Positions 38,227-46,904 of a DNA stretch of 64,000 nucleotides are shown here, piece after piece. Made by a program: the position numbers and the translations under genes. The stretch is from Bryobacterales bacterium (GTDB lineage: Bacteria > Acidobacteriota > Terriglobia > Bryobacterales > UBA6623). The notes under the pieces were generated by a model. The model had not been told where the DNA came from. It saw nothing but the letters and a program-made list of their open reading frames with translations, and searched no databases. Each line of letters opens with the position of its first letter. Within the stretch, counting starts at the first letter, position 1. The stretch is from the NCBI GenBank assembly GCA_965248205.1, contig CBDFIS010000006.1:3337149-3401148 (forward strand). Direction: 5' to 3'.

Positions 38227-38733
38227 ATGGACTGGAAACTGCTTCGGCTCACGGTGCTGGCGCTCAGCACCGTACCGGCCTTTGCGCAGGTGGAGCAGGC
38301 CGTCATTCAAGTTGACGGCATGCATTGACCGCTTTGAGCACACGGGGCCCAAAAGACCCTGCAACGCCTGGATGGCGTTGATCAAGCAACGGTGGACTTC
38401 AAGGCTGGCACGGCGGTTGTTCGGTCGAAGAAGGAGGAGAGCTTCGACCCGGAGAAGGTGCGTGAGTTCCTGAAGAAATCTGGGTTCTCGACTCCAAAAC
38501 TGGAATTGGCGGTTCGGGGCCGTGTGGAGAAATGGAAGGACATGCTTGCGCTTCGGGTGCCCGGGCTTGAGCGGGTGCTCGTCCTCGGTGGTGGGGAGAA
38601 ACTCTCGGAACTGGCCCGACAGGGCCTTCTCAGCCGCGATGTGCGGATCGAGGGCTTTCTCCATCCGCTGCATGGGGAGGAACCAAGCGGGCTGACAGTT
38701 GAGGATTTCGTCGTAGAGGAGCTGGAGCCATGA
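38227..38733 (+). CDS. periplasmic MerP-like heavy-metal-associated (HMA) protein; both CxxC positions are in-frame TGA (putative UxxU selenoprotein); about 85-aa C-terminal extension
   Basis: AGGAGG plus ATG 38227. Signal peptide ...STVPAFA/QVEQ. AVIQVDGMH-TGA(38326)-PL-TGA(38335)-AHGAQKTLQRLDGVDQATVDFKAGTAVV has the HMA fold pattern. The frame is continuous to the stop at 38731-38733. Confidence 0.55.
38362..38380 (+). other. candidate SECIS-like hairpin (7-bp perfect stem CAACGCC/GGCGTTG, loop UGGAU), 24 nt after the second TGA
   Basis: The stem was read directly. An alternative pairing of GCGTTG with CAACG (38387-38391) also exists. Not validated against a SECIS model. Confidence 0.25.
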
Positions 38734-38910
38734 AAGACAGCTCTTGACACGCGACGCTTCGCAATGGGGATCGTCGGAGTGGCAGGTGTTCCAATGCCGG
38801 TAAGCTGTCGCAGAACCGCCTTCGCAGTAGTTACGATCGAAGCGATTAGCTCTTAACCTCCGCATCAAAGAACTGAGCTGATTTCGCCGGCCAAATGGAA
38901 CCACCGAGCT

Positions 38911-40251
38911 TCACTCGCCCAGCTCTTTCTGGAACACCTCTACCAGCCGGCTCGCGTGCCGCTTGACTAGGACCTCTTCTTCGGCTTCGACCATGATTCT
39001 AACGAGCGGTTCGGTTCCCGAGTAGCGGACCAAGACGCGGCCACGATCGCCTAAGTCTTTCTCGCTGGCGGAGACAGCGTCGCGCAACGTGGGAACACCT
39101 TCGAACGGCACCTTTCCCCTGACGCGTATGTTCTCAAGGGTCTGCGGGAAGACGCTTAACTCGCTCGCGAGCTCACTCAACGGCTTGCCCGAGGCCGCAA
39201 GGATCTCCAGCATCATGCGTGCCGTGAGCAACCCGTCGCCCGTCGAGGCGAAGTCGCCGAAGATGATGTGCCCGGATTGCTCGCCGCCCAGGGCCGCGCC
39301 GCTTCGAAGCATCTCTTCCAGAACGTATTTGTCGCCGACTTTCGTGCGGCTCATCCGAATCCCCACCTTCGCGAGCGCCTTCTCTAGCCCCATATTCGCC
39401 ATCACGGTAGTCACGACTAGGCTGCCGGGGAGTCGATCTCGACCAGCAAGGTGGCGACTGGCGAGCAGTAACACGACATCACCGTTTATCAAGTTCCCCT
39501 TTTCATCGACAAACAACGCTCGGTCCGCGTCGCCGTCGAACGCGACGCCAAGATCCGCGCCGCTCTCGGCGACCCGCTGTTGCAGCGTTTCCATATGAAG
39601 CGAACCGCAATCGAGGTTGATGTTTCTTCCGTTCGGCTGGTTCGCCATCATCTCCGCTTTGACGCCCAGCCGGTTGAAGAAAGTGGGGGCCAAGCTCGAA
39701 ACGGCTCCGTTGGCACAATCGACCACGAGCTGGGTTTCGAAACGTGGCGCGGGATCGCCCACGGTTACCAGATGATCGACGTACTTCTCGATGAGGGATC
39801 CATCTGCTTCCAGGGCGCCTCGACGAGGCCGGCAGTTTTCGCTCAACGCGCGGAAGATCGCAGCCTCGACGCGCTCTTCTTCTTCATCGGGCAACTTGTA
39901 TCCGGACGATCCGAAGACCTTGATTCCGTTGTCCGAAAATGCATTGTGCGACGCCGAGATCATTACGCCCCTTACGAAGTCACCCTTCTCTGTCAGATGA
40001 GCGACACCGGCCGTGGGCATGACCCCCCCGAATTTGACGACGACGACGCCGTGCTCGAGTCCGGCGGCCAGTAGCTCCGCGAGTTGCAAGCCGGATTCGC
40101 GGGTGTCCATCCCGATAAGCACTTCGGGCCGCCGGCCCGCGGAAACAGTTTGGGCTAGGGCCAAACCCGCAGCGAAAACGGTTCGATCATCGAGGGGCGG
40201 CTCGCCGGCTCGGCCGCGGATGCCATCGGTGCCGAATAGTTTTCTTGGCAT
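38911..40251 (-). CDS. glmM: phosphoglucosamine mutase
   Basis: LFGTDGIRG, active-site SASHNAFSDNGIK, full-length pattern. Confidence 0.92.
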   Translation of the reverse strand: MPRKLFGTDGIRGRAGEPPLDDRTVFAAGLALAQTVSAGRRPEVLIGMDTRESGLQLAELLAAGLEHGVVVVKFGGVMPTAGVAHLTEKGDFVRGVMISASHNAFSDNGIKVFGSSGYKLPDEEEERVEAAIFRALSENCRPRRGALEADGSLIEKYVDHLVTVGDPAPRFETQLVVDCANGAVSSLAPTFFNRLGVKAEMMANQPNGRNINLDCGSLHMETLQQRVAESGADLGVAFDGDADRALFVDEKGNLINGDVVLLLASRHLAGRDRLPGSLVVTTVMANMGLEKALAKVGIRMSRTKVGDKYVLEEMLRSGAALGGEQSGHIIFGDFASTGDGLLTARMMLEILAASGKPLSELASELSVFPQTLENIRVRGKVPFEGVPTLRDAVSASEKDLGDRGRVLVRYSGTEPLVRIMVEAEEEVLVKRHASRLVEVFQKELGE

Positions 40252-40276
40252 GGGTTAAAGAGCGACGGGCGCTGAG

Positions 40277-40930
40277 TTATTCGCTAATGTTCACTTCAAC
40301 CGTGACAGATGCATCTCCATCGAAGCGCAGGTAGGGGTCGGGGAGGTAAGCGGTCGTAGAGACCGTGTGTGTGCCGACCAGGCCTGCAATGGAAATGGGG
40401 TCTGTTGTCACCTGAGCGAGCAGGGCTACCCGCCGCTCCGGACCGACGATGACCAACCGAGGAGGCTCGACGCGGAAAGAAGAGACTGCTCGGGAATCGG
40501 CCGCCGCTCCCACGAAGATGGGTTGAACCGGCACTTCCCGGCGGCCCTGTCTCTCCAAGGACAGGCGCAACTGGGAAGGGACGGCTCGTATCAGATCAAG
40601 ACCGTCGGGGAGAGTTAAGCTTTCGCCGGTCACATCGAACGTTTGCTCGCCGGCTTTGCTCACGCCGGCGAAGTCAATTTGCACCGCCGCCCCTTGCCGC
40701 TGCAATTCCTCCAGGCGGCCGCGCGGTCCCCTGACGACAACCGTCACATGGTGGGCTTGGTCGGGATTAAACTCCAATTCCGCCGGCACATTGACATAGT
40801 TGATACGCGCTTCGAGGACGGTCTCGACTTTCGGCTGGCTTCGAACCAGGCCCCAGAGCAGAACGGCGATCCCGACTGCAATTAGTTTGGGACCGATATT
40901 GCGCCCCGGCCGCTTTCTGGTCCACGCCAT
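40277..40930 (-). CDS. cdaR: YbbR-domain protein (CdaR-like regulator of diadenylate cyclase)
   Basis: N-terminal TM helix followed by YbbR-like repeats. Position between cdaA and glmM matches the known operon. Confidence 0.65.
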   Translation of the reverse strand: MAWTRKRPGRNIGPKLIAVGIAVLLWGLVRSQPKVETVLEARINYVNVPAELEFNPDQAHHVTVVVRGPRGRLEELQRQGAAVQIDFAGVSKAGEQTFDVTGESLTLPDGLDLIRAVPSQLRLSLERQGRREVPVQPIFVGAAADSRAVSSFRVEPPRLVIVGPERRVALLAQVTTDPISIAGLVGTHTVSTTAYLPDPYLRFDGDASVTVEVNISE

Positions 40931-40944
40931 AGGAAAGTCCTGGG

Positions 40945-41826
40945 CTAGCGGGTCTCCGCCGAACTGGCACGAGAAGAGGTCTCCGCGTAGGCCACTGCCC
41001 GCGACGCTTTCTGGACCTGAGGTTGAGTCGTTTCGATCCCGCGCGGGGATGATACGACGGGGCCAAAAGACTCAATCAGCCTTTCACGAAGCCGATCGAG
41101 GGTGACATCTCGTTCAATGCTGCCGGCGGCAGCGACTGAGACTTGCCCATCCGCTTCGGAGACGACGATCGCCAGACAATCACCTTCTTCCGAGATGCCG
41201 ATCGCAGCTCGGTGACGCGTACCGAGAGAGCTGATCTGACCAGGATTGGTCGTCAACGGAAGAAAGCAGGCCGCCGCGGCGATTCGGCCCCGCCGAATGA
41301 TAACCGCCCCGTCGTGCAGCGGAGAGCCGCGATCAAAGATGCTCTCCAGGAGGTCAGTCGAAAGGTGCGCATCAAGCGCAACTCCGCTCTGAACGAAAGT
41401 CCCCAGGCCGGTTTCTCGCTCCAGCACAATCAGGACGCCCACATGCTGTTGCGACAGATGGCCGACGGCGAGAACGACGTCCTCGTACTCGTGGAACGCC
41501 TTCTTTCGTCGTCCCGAGGGCAGGAATTGCAGGGCAAATTGCCGCAAGGCGCGGCGGATTTCGGGTTGAAATATCACGATCAGGGCGATGATCGTGTAAG
41601 GGGCCAACGAGCCGATTAGCCTATGGACCATCTCGAGACCCATGGCCCCGGAGACGTAGTAAACACCACCCAGCAAAGCAAGGCCCAGGACGATGGGAGC
41701 CGCCCGGGTTCCTCGCAATACCACGATCAGCTGGTAGGCCAGATAGCTGAGGACAACGATCTCGAGTACCGCGCGGGCTAGCGCGACCGGCCCTCCGGTC
41801 ACGACTTCGTTGACGAGTTCCCACAT
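40945..41826 (-). CDS. cdaA: diadenylate cyclase CdaA (DisA_N/DAC domain)
   Basis: Three N-terminal TM helices; DAC motifs SPLHDGAVII and GTRHRAAIGISE. Confidence 0.88.
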   Translation of the reverse strand: MWELVNEVVTGGPVALARAVLEIVVLSYLAYQLIVVLRGTRAAPIVLGLALLGGVYYVSGAMGLEMVHRLIGSLAPYTIIALIVIFQPEIRRALRQFALQFLPSGRRKKAFHEYEDVVLAVGHLSQQHVGVLIVLERETGLGTFVQSGVALDAHLSTDLLESIFDRGSPLHDGAVIIRRGRIAAAACFLPLTTNPGQISSLGTRHRAAIGISEEGDCLAIVVSEADGQVSVAAAGSIERDVTLDRLRERLIESFGPVVSSPRGIETTQPQVQKASRAVAYAETSSRASSAETR

Positions 41827-42121
41827 TGGGGTCGGCCAAAAAAGGCCTCATGAATAGTGTAGCCAAAACCATGGAATGCAACCTGTTTTAGGGGGTGCAG
41901 CGGCAGGCCGTTAGGCTGGCGGACACGCTCCCCACGTGGCCCCTGTATAGAGGGCCGGCCTGACCCGCCGCTGCAGGCGGCTTCCGGCGGGTCACAGCGG
42001 CAGGCCAATCCTCATTGCCGATGCAGTTTCGTCTCCTGCGGTGTCTAAACCATTAACAGCTGCTCTGGACGCCGCGCCGAAGGCTATCTGTTAGAATGGC
42101 GCGGGGTTGGTCCAGCCACAG

Positions 42122-42991
42122 ATGAGTTTCCTTGCCCAACGGCTGAGAATGGTGTTTCTGGTGACGCTGTTAGTCTTGGCGGGGGGAGCCAATCACGCAT
42201 CCTCTGGGCAAGCGTCTCCACAAGAGGAACCTGGTCCCGTCAAGATCGTCTACAAGGGCGAACCCTTGGTCGTCGAGTTGCAGTGCGACGGAGACCATTT
42301 TCAGCGCGCGGCCATTGCGTGTTCGGACGCGATGCCTTGCGAACTGTACCTGGAGCTAACAGACGTAGGGCAGTCCGCGGACAAGGTTTTTCTGATCGGC
42401 AACCTTCATACGACGTCAGCGACCGTATCATCGATTCTCCTGGCGAGTGACGACGAAGGCATGAGCTGGTACGAGCCCTATCCTCGCCTCCCGGCTGGTC
42501 TCGAGACGATCCAGTTCGCGGACGATGAATACGGCTGGGTTAGTGGGCAGGAAGGTCAGCTCGACAGTTCCTCGAGACCGTTTCTGTTGCGGACCATCAA
42601 TGGAGGAGTTCGATGGCGCCGGTACGATGTCTGGACCGACGAAGACCGCTCCGGGGCGATTATCGACTTTTACTTTGACACCGAGAAACACGGATTGTTG
42701 AGCATTGACCTGCTTACGTTTGGGGCCGACTCTTACGAACTGTACGAGTCGATGAACGGCGGCCTCTCATGGGGCATACGGGAGATCTCCGATCGCCCAG
42801 CGAAGCTGAAGAACATCCCCCTCGAAAGAAGACAGCCCGACTGGCATTTAGGCGAGGACGCGAAAAAGAGGGTCTATTCAATAGAACGACTAGGGGAGGA
42901 GCGGAGTACCCAGGTCGAGTTCAGCGTACGGGTTGGAACCTGCCGCGGCACACGAGAGACGGCTGACACCAGGTCCGCCGGGAACCCTTGA
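42122..42991 (+). CDS. secreted BNR/Ycf48-like beta-propeller repeat protein
   Basis: Signal peptide. Repeats of S.D.G.SW / T.NGG..W type (SDDEGMSWY, TINGGVRWRR, SMNGGLSWGI). I prefer ATG 42122 over TTG 42107. Confidence 0.5.
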   Translation: MSFLAQRLRMVFLVTLLVLAGGANHASSGQASPQEEPGPVKIVYKGEPLVVELQCDGDHFQRAAIACSDAMPCELYLELTDVGQSADKVFLIGNLHTTSATVSSILLASDDEGMSWYEPYPRLPAGLETIQFADDEYGWVSGQEGQLDSSSRPFLLRTINGGVRWRRYDVWTDEDRSGAIIDFYFDTEKHGLLSIDLLTFGADSYELYESMNGGLSWGIREISDRPAKLKNIPLERRQPDWHLGEDAKKRVYSIERLGEERSTQVEFSVRVGTCRGTRETADTRSAGNP

Positions 42992-43282
42992 ACCGTCAAA
43001 CCTGACGGCTTCTAGCTTCTTCGTCTCCGGCGCCTGAAACGCCATCCCCCTAACGGGAAGCGCCGCCCGGGGCGAGTATTGCTTCACGGGACTCGTCGGA
43101 AGCTACTGCGTACTTGTTTCGGCTAGCCCCCGCGGCTCTCAGGTCGGGGTCGATCCTTCCGGCGGCAGTTTGCCTCACGGCTGTTCGTGCGGCGGCCCAC
43201 CTGGGTAGTGATGGTTGTAACGTCCGGTGTCTCCTAGCCGTCCCATGGACAGACCTAGTTGGCCCGTTGGAGGCGATATCAA

Positions 43283-44215
43283 ATGAAATACGTACAGGTT
43301 GCGATCCTCGCTTTTCTGGTTGTCATAGCAGGACTTTTGGTTGGTATTTACCAAACGCAGCACTCCACTGCGACATCCGCGGAGAGTCACGATGAAGGGT
43401 TGTTCGAGCCAGCTCAGGCCCCGCCGCAAACCGCACGGCAACCGGATTCGGCTGGGATCGCCGGCAAGTCGGTGGAGCCGGTTACGAATCGAGATGCCAG
43501 GTCGCCAAAGCCCGACCCTCGTAGGGAGCGCGTTGAGCCTCGCAGCACGTCTGCCGAGTCGCTCGCGACCCAGCAAGCAGCGTCAGAAGTTCAAGATCCG
43601 GAACCCGTCCCTGAACCGGAAATCGTAGTGTCTCAGCCGACTTCAGCGCCAGTCCCGACCTCACCCGAACCGGAACCAGAACCGAGGCAACCACGGACAG
43701 TGACCCTCCCGGCGAATATGCCCATTGTGGTTCGGCTTGTCGACGCACTTTCGACCGACACTAACTACCCCGGGGATACTTTCTACGCCGCACTCGACGA
43801 AGAGATCATGCTGGACGGCTTGCTCGTGGCCCGAAAGGGAGCGAATGTGGAAGGCCGGGTGCTGGAATCACAGCGCGCTGGGCGGGTCAAAGGGGTCTCG
43901 ATGCTCTCGCTGGAGCTTGTTCGTCTCTCGACCGCCGACGGTCAAACGGTCGAGGTTGTGACCACTCGAGCGAAGGAGCAGGGTCCGCAGTCACAAAAAT
44001 CCGATGCCAAGAAAGTCGGCTTGGGAGCCGCTATTGGCGCGGCGATCGGAGCAATTGCCGGCGGTGGCAAAGGGGCCGCCATCGGGGCGGGCGCCGGCGC
44101 GGGTGCTGGGGCCGGCACGGTTCTGACTACGCGCGGTAAGCCGGTCAAGTTGCCCTCCGAGACCCGACTCGAGTTTCAACTGATGGACCCGGTTCAAGTT
44201 GTAGAAGCGCTCTGA
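43283..44215 (+). CDS. membrane-anchored protein with Pro-rich linker and C-terminal glycine-zipper
   Basis: GGAGG lies 9 nt before ATG 43283. TM helix, Pro/Glu-rich spacer, and GLGAAIGAAIGAIAGGGKGAAIGAGAGAGAGAG. Confidence 0.6.
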   Translation: MKYVQVAILAFLVVIAGLLVGIYQTQHSTATSAESHDEGLFEPAQAPPQTARQPDSAGIAGKSVEPVTNRDARSPKPDPRRERVEPRSTSAESLATQQAASEVQDPEPVPEPEIVVSQPTSAPVPTSPEPEPEPRQPRTVTLPANMPIVVRLVDALSTDTNYPGDTFYAALDEEIMLDGLLVARKGANVEGRVLESQRAGRVKGVSMLSLELVRLSTADGQTVEVVTTRAKEQGPQSQKSDAKKVGLGAAIGAAIGAIAGGGKGAAIGAGAGAGAGAGTVLTTRGKPVKLPSETRLEFQLMDPVQVVEAL

Positions 44216-44223
44216 ACCGAGTC

Positions 44224-44321
44224 TGTGAAAAAACCTTGGGGCCGTCAACCGCAGCTCAAGGCACCATTGATTCCAAGTGACTTCTAGGACGCCGCTTGTG
44301 ACAGTCGCCGGTTTTTTCACA
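44224..44321 (+). repeat. 98-nt dispersed element, family B copy 2
   Basis: Same TIRs and central block as 36642-36738. Begins 9 nt after the stop of the preceding gene. Confidence 0.75.
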
Positions 44322-44457
44322 CCCCCAACCGCGAGCGGCTGACGGCAGATCCGAGCCGGCGGCAGCACAGCCTCTCCAAGCTTCACCAATCCCGTCTGTA
44401 ACGATCGGTCAACACGCCCGCGATCCCCGGGCCGTGCCACATGGCTAAAATGCAACC

Positions 44458-44700
44458 ATGGGTACCGACCAGGGGGCCGGCACTCGCTGGGAATGCCGGC
44501 TTTGCCGAGCCGCTCTCGAAGTCCGAGTCGACTTTAACGGGAAGGTAATATGGACGGTGGATCCGGGTGACCCTGACTTCGGAAACAGGGAACCGGAACT
44601 GCGCGGCAAATCCAAAGAGCCGACACTCGTCTGCTCAGCGGACCCCCTTCATGACACCGGGTTCAAGCTAGTTGCAGGCGAGATCGTGGCCGACCCGTAA
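44458..44700 (+). CDS. hypothetical small protein (CxxC-containing)
   Basis: ORF only, with a weak RBS. Confidence 0.3.
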   Translation: MGTDQGAGTRWECRLCRAALEVRVDFNGKVIWTVDPGDPDFGNREPELRGKSKEPTLVCSADPLHDTGFKLVAGEIVADP

Positions 44701-44827
44701 ACGCCCTCCTCCCCCGGGCCGAGCAAGAAATTCTCCTACTTATTAAGGCTCGCAAGATACAGTGACCTGGGCACAGCATAATGTGCCTCTACGGTCTTAC
44801 TGATGTCGCGAAGTATAGTGACCAATA

Positions 44828-44869
44828 CCGGCTGAACACTCGCGATGCTGGAAAGGGCGCGACATGTCG
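44828..44869 (-). repeat. 42-nt core of dispersed repeat family C, copy 2 (inverted relative to copy 1)
   Basis: See 11317-11358. Looser similarity continues toward the downstream gene (cct.gt.a..gcgc.g...ctg.cc). Confidence 0.65.
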
Positions 44870-44999
44870 CTCGTCCAAAGAAACGCGATCGTTTATCCGC
44901 CTTGTGAATGCGCGGTGGTCTGCCAAAAGCCAGCCCAGCCCTATACTTTGTGAAACCCAATAGGTTGTCAGGCCGGCGGCCAGTTCCTACCATGGCTAT

Positions 45000-45548
45000 A
45001 TGAGGCTTTATCTACAACCTGCCCTGCTCATAGCCCTCGGGAGCTTCGGGGGTCTCGCAGCCCAGCAAGGGGGAGTCGCCCCTCGATGGGAAATCGTGGA
45101 GGTCACTAAGCGTCTCGACGAAAGCGCCAAAGATATCCAGAGGATACTGTCCCAAGCGCGCCCCAAGGACTGGGTTAAGGAGGGTGCGCCTGATGCCTAT
45201 ATTGGGCAAAACGATGCTCTCCGCTCTGACCTTTCAAACCTGGCCCTCTCAGCACAGGCTCTGCAGCGCAGGCCGGAGAAGCTGTCGATCGCGATCGATA
45301 CTTTTCTTTGGCTTGATCGCGTGGGGTCGATGCTGAGGTCGATGACAGCCGCCGTGCGCAAGTATCAGAACCCGGCTCTGGGTGATCTCTTGGCTTCAGC
45401 GGGGAACCGCGCCGCGGCGTTTGAAGAGACGCTAAAAGGATACCTGCGCCAACTCGCGGTGGAGCGAGAAGCGGAACTGGAGATTTCACATAGCGAAGCA
45501 CAGCGTTGCCGCGAAACACTGGCCCGGCAGCCGCGATCTCGGAGATAG
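45000..45548 (+). CDS. secreted hypothetical protein
   Basis: Signal peptide MRLYLQPALLIALGSFGGLAAQ. Helical composition. Confidence 0.5.
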   Translation: MRLYLQPALLIALGSFGGLAAQQGGVAPRWEIVEVTKRLDESAKDIQRILSQARPKDWVKEGAPDAYIGQNDALRSDLSNLALSAQALQRRPEKLSIAIDTFLWLDRVGSMLRSMTAAVRKYQNPALGDLLASAGNRAAAFEETLKGYLRQLAVEREAELEISHSEAQRCRETLARQPRSRR

Positions 45549-45597
45549 GGGCCGCGGGGCTAATCTTTTCGAGACGATTAGACGTTAGAACTCAGTC

Positions 45598-45819
45598 ATG
45601 ACGGAGAATCCACACGAATCGCGCGAACCAGGGTCTGGTCGCGCGTCAACGCCGGGGGCCGCGGGTGCCGGCCCGGACTATTCCTTTCACTGTCACATCT
45701 GTCAGGAGCCGTCGTCGGACATATGCCATCGCTGTACCCGCGACACCTGTGGAAACCATGTCTGCGAACGGTGCCTTAACTGCAGCGACTGCTGCCAGTG
45801 TCAGGTCGCACGCAAGTAA
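45598..45819 (+). CDS. small Cys-rich zinc-ribbon-like protein
   Basis: Four CxxC pairs within about 36 residues (HCHICQ...CHRC...CERCLNCSDCCQC). ORF only. Confidence 0.4.
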   Translation: MTENPHESREPGSGRASTPGAAGAGPDYSFHCHICQEPSSDICHRCTRDTCGNHVCERCLNCSDCCQCQVARK

Positions 45820-45907
45820 AGCGCTTCCCGGCAACACCCGCTTCCTAACCGCAAGCACCGGGGGTCTCGCCGGGCTGTCCGCGTCCCCAGCTACACTGGG
45901 ATGTGCC

Positions 45908-46732
45908 ATGCGGTCCCGCAGAATACCTAAGTGGATCGGGTGGCCGCTGCTGTTGCTTTGGACCTACGTTGTGCTCTCCTTCCTTGCCAAAAAGGCAACT
46001 TTTCATCCGTCGAAGTACCCGGAAGGTTTTTGGGATCTTCAGGCCCACTGGAACGCAGAGGACGTCTGGCTCGAGACGACGGACGGCGTGCGCGTGCACG
46101 GCTGGATGATCGAAAACGAAACGAGCCGCGGCCTGGTGACTCTCTATCTCCACGGCAATGGTGGAAACCTGACGCACCGCGTTGATCACATCGAGGCGAT
46201 TGTGAACGTGGGGTCTTCGTTGCTGATCATCGACTACCGCGGTTACGGTCGAAGCGATGGCAGCCCTTCCGAAGAAGGAACCTATCGCGACACCGAGGCC
46301 GCTTACGACTACTTGGTGGAGCGCGGGTACGGACCGGAGCGCATCGTCGCACACGGCGAATCGCTCGGTACGGCCATGGCGACGGATCTCGCCTCGCGCC
46401 GCCCTTGTGCCGGGTTGGTCTTGGAAGCGCCCTTTCCCTCGGCCCGCGCCGTGGCAGCGCGCGTCCTGCCGCTCCTTGGGCCGTTGGTGACCTCAGGACT
46501 GGAAACAGCCCGCAAAATCGCAGAAGTGAAGGTACCGGTTCTAATCATCCACGGCGACCGCGATGAGGTGATCGCCTACCAGCTCGGTCGAGACGTTTTT
46601 GATGCCGCCAACGAACCGAAACAGTTTTGGACCGTCGAGGGAGCCCATCACAACGACATCGTCGTCGTGGCCGACGCCGAGTATGAAAAGCGCCTAGCCA
46701 AGTTCCACAGCGAATTGCTCGCTCTGGAATAG
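45908..46732 (+). CDS. alpha/beta hydrolase (membrane-anchored, BAAT/S9-like)
   Basis: TM helix, HGNGGN oxyanion region, nucleophile elbow GESLG, HGDRDEVI and the C-terminal His (GAHHND). I prefer internal ATG 45908 over the track start 45665. Confidence 0.75.
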   Translation: MRSRRIPKWIGWPLLLLWTYVVLSFLAKKATFHPSKYPEGFWDLQAHWNAEDVWLETTDGVRVHGWMIENETSRGLVTLYLHGNGGNLTHRVDHIEAIVNVGSSLLIIDYRGYGRSDGSPSEEGTYRDTEAAYDYLVERGYGPERIVAHGESLGTAMATDLASRRPCAGLVLEAPFPSARAVAARVLPLLGPLVTSGLETARKIAEVKVPVLIIHGDRDEVIAYQLGRDVFDAANEPKQFWTVEGAHHNDIVVVADAEYEKRLAKFHSELLALE

Positions 46733-46817
46733 CACCGGCGACTGTGCCAGCACTTAGAACTTGATGTAGCGTGGACCCGTATTACAGGAGTGTGAGCGGC
46801 CGAGAAGGAGTCCGAAC

Positions 46818-46904
46818 GTGACGAAGTTTCTGCTTTGGCTGATCCTGTTGATCCTCTATTGGCCACTGGCGCTGCTGGCGCTGGTTCTTTATCCGTTCGT
46901 CTAG
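46818..46904 (+). CDS. small hydrophobic protein (28 aa); the same frame continues past TAG 46902-46904 to TAG 47016-47018
   Basis: AAGGAG lies 7 nt before GTG 46818. VTKFLLWLILLILYWPLALLALVLYPFV*LVLLPFRLVGIVVGGVLDFIWALVTLPTRLMRGPTHA*. Confidence 0.4.
   Translation: MTKFLLWLILLILYWPLALLALVLYPFV

Noticed and set aside
38059-38904. 281-aa minus-strand ORF spanning the end of the beta-barrel gene and the whole HMA gene
   Set aside because: The composition is implausible (R/L/H/C-rich), there is no RBS or domain, and it is antisense to two genes with RBSs, signal peptides and recognisable folds.
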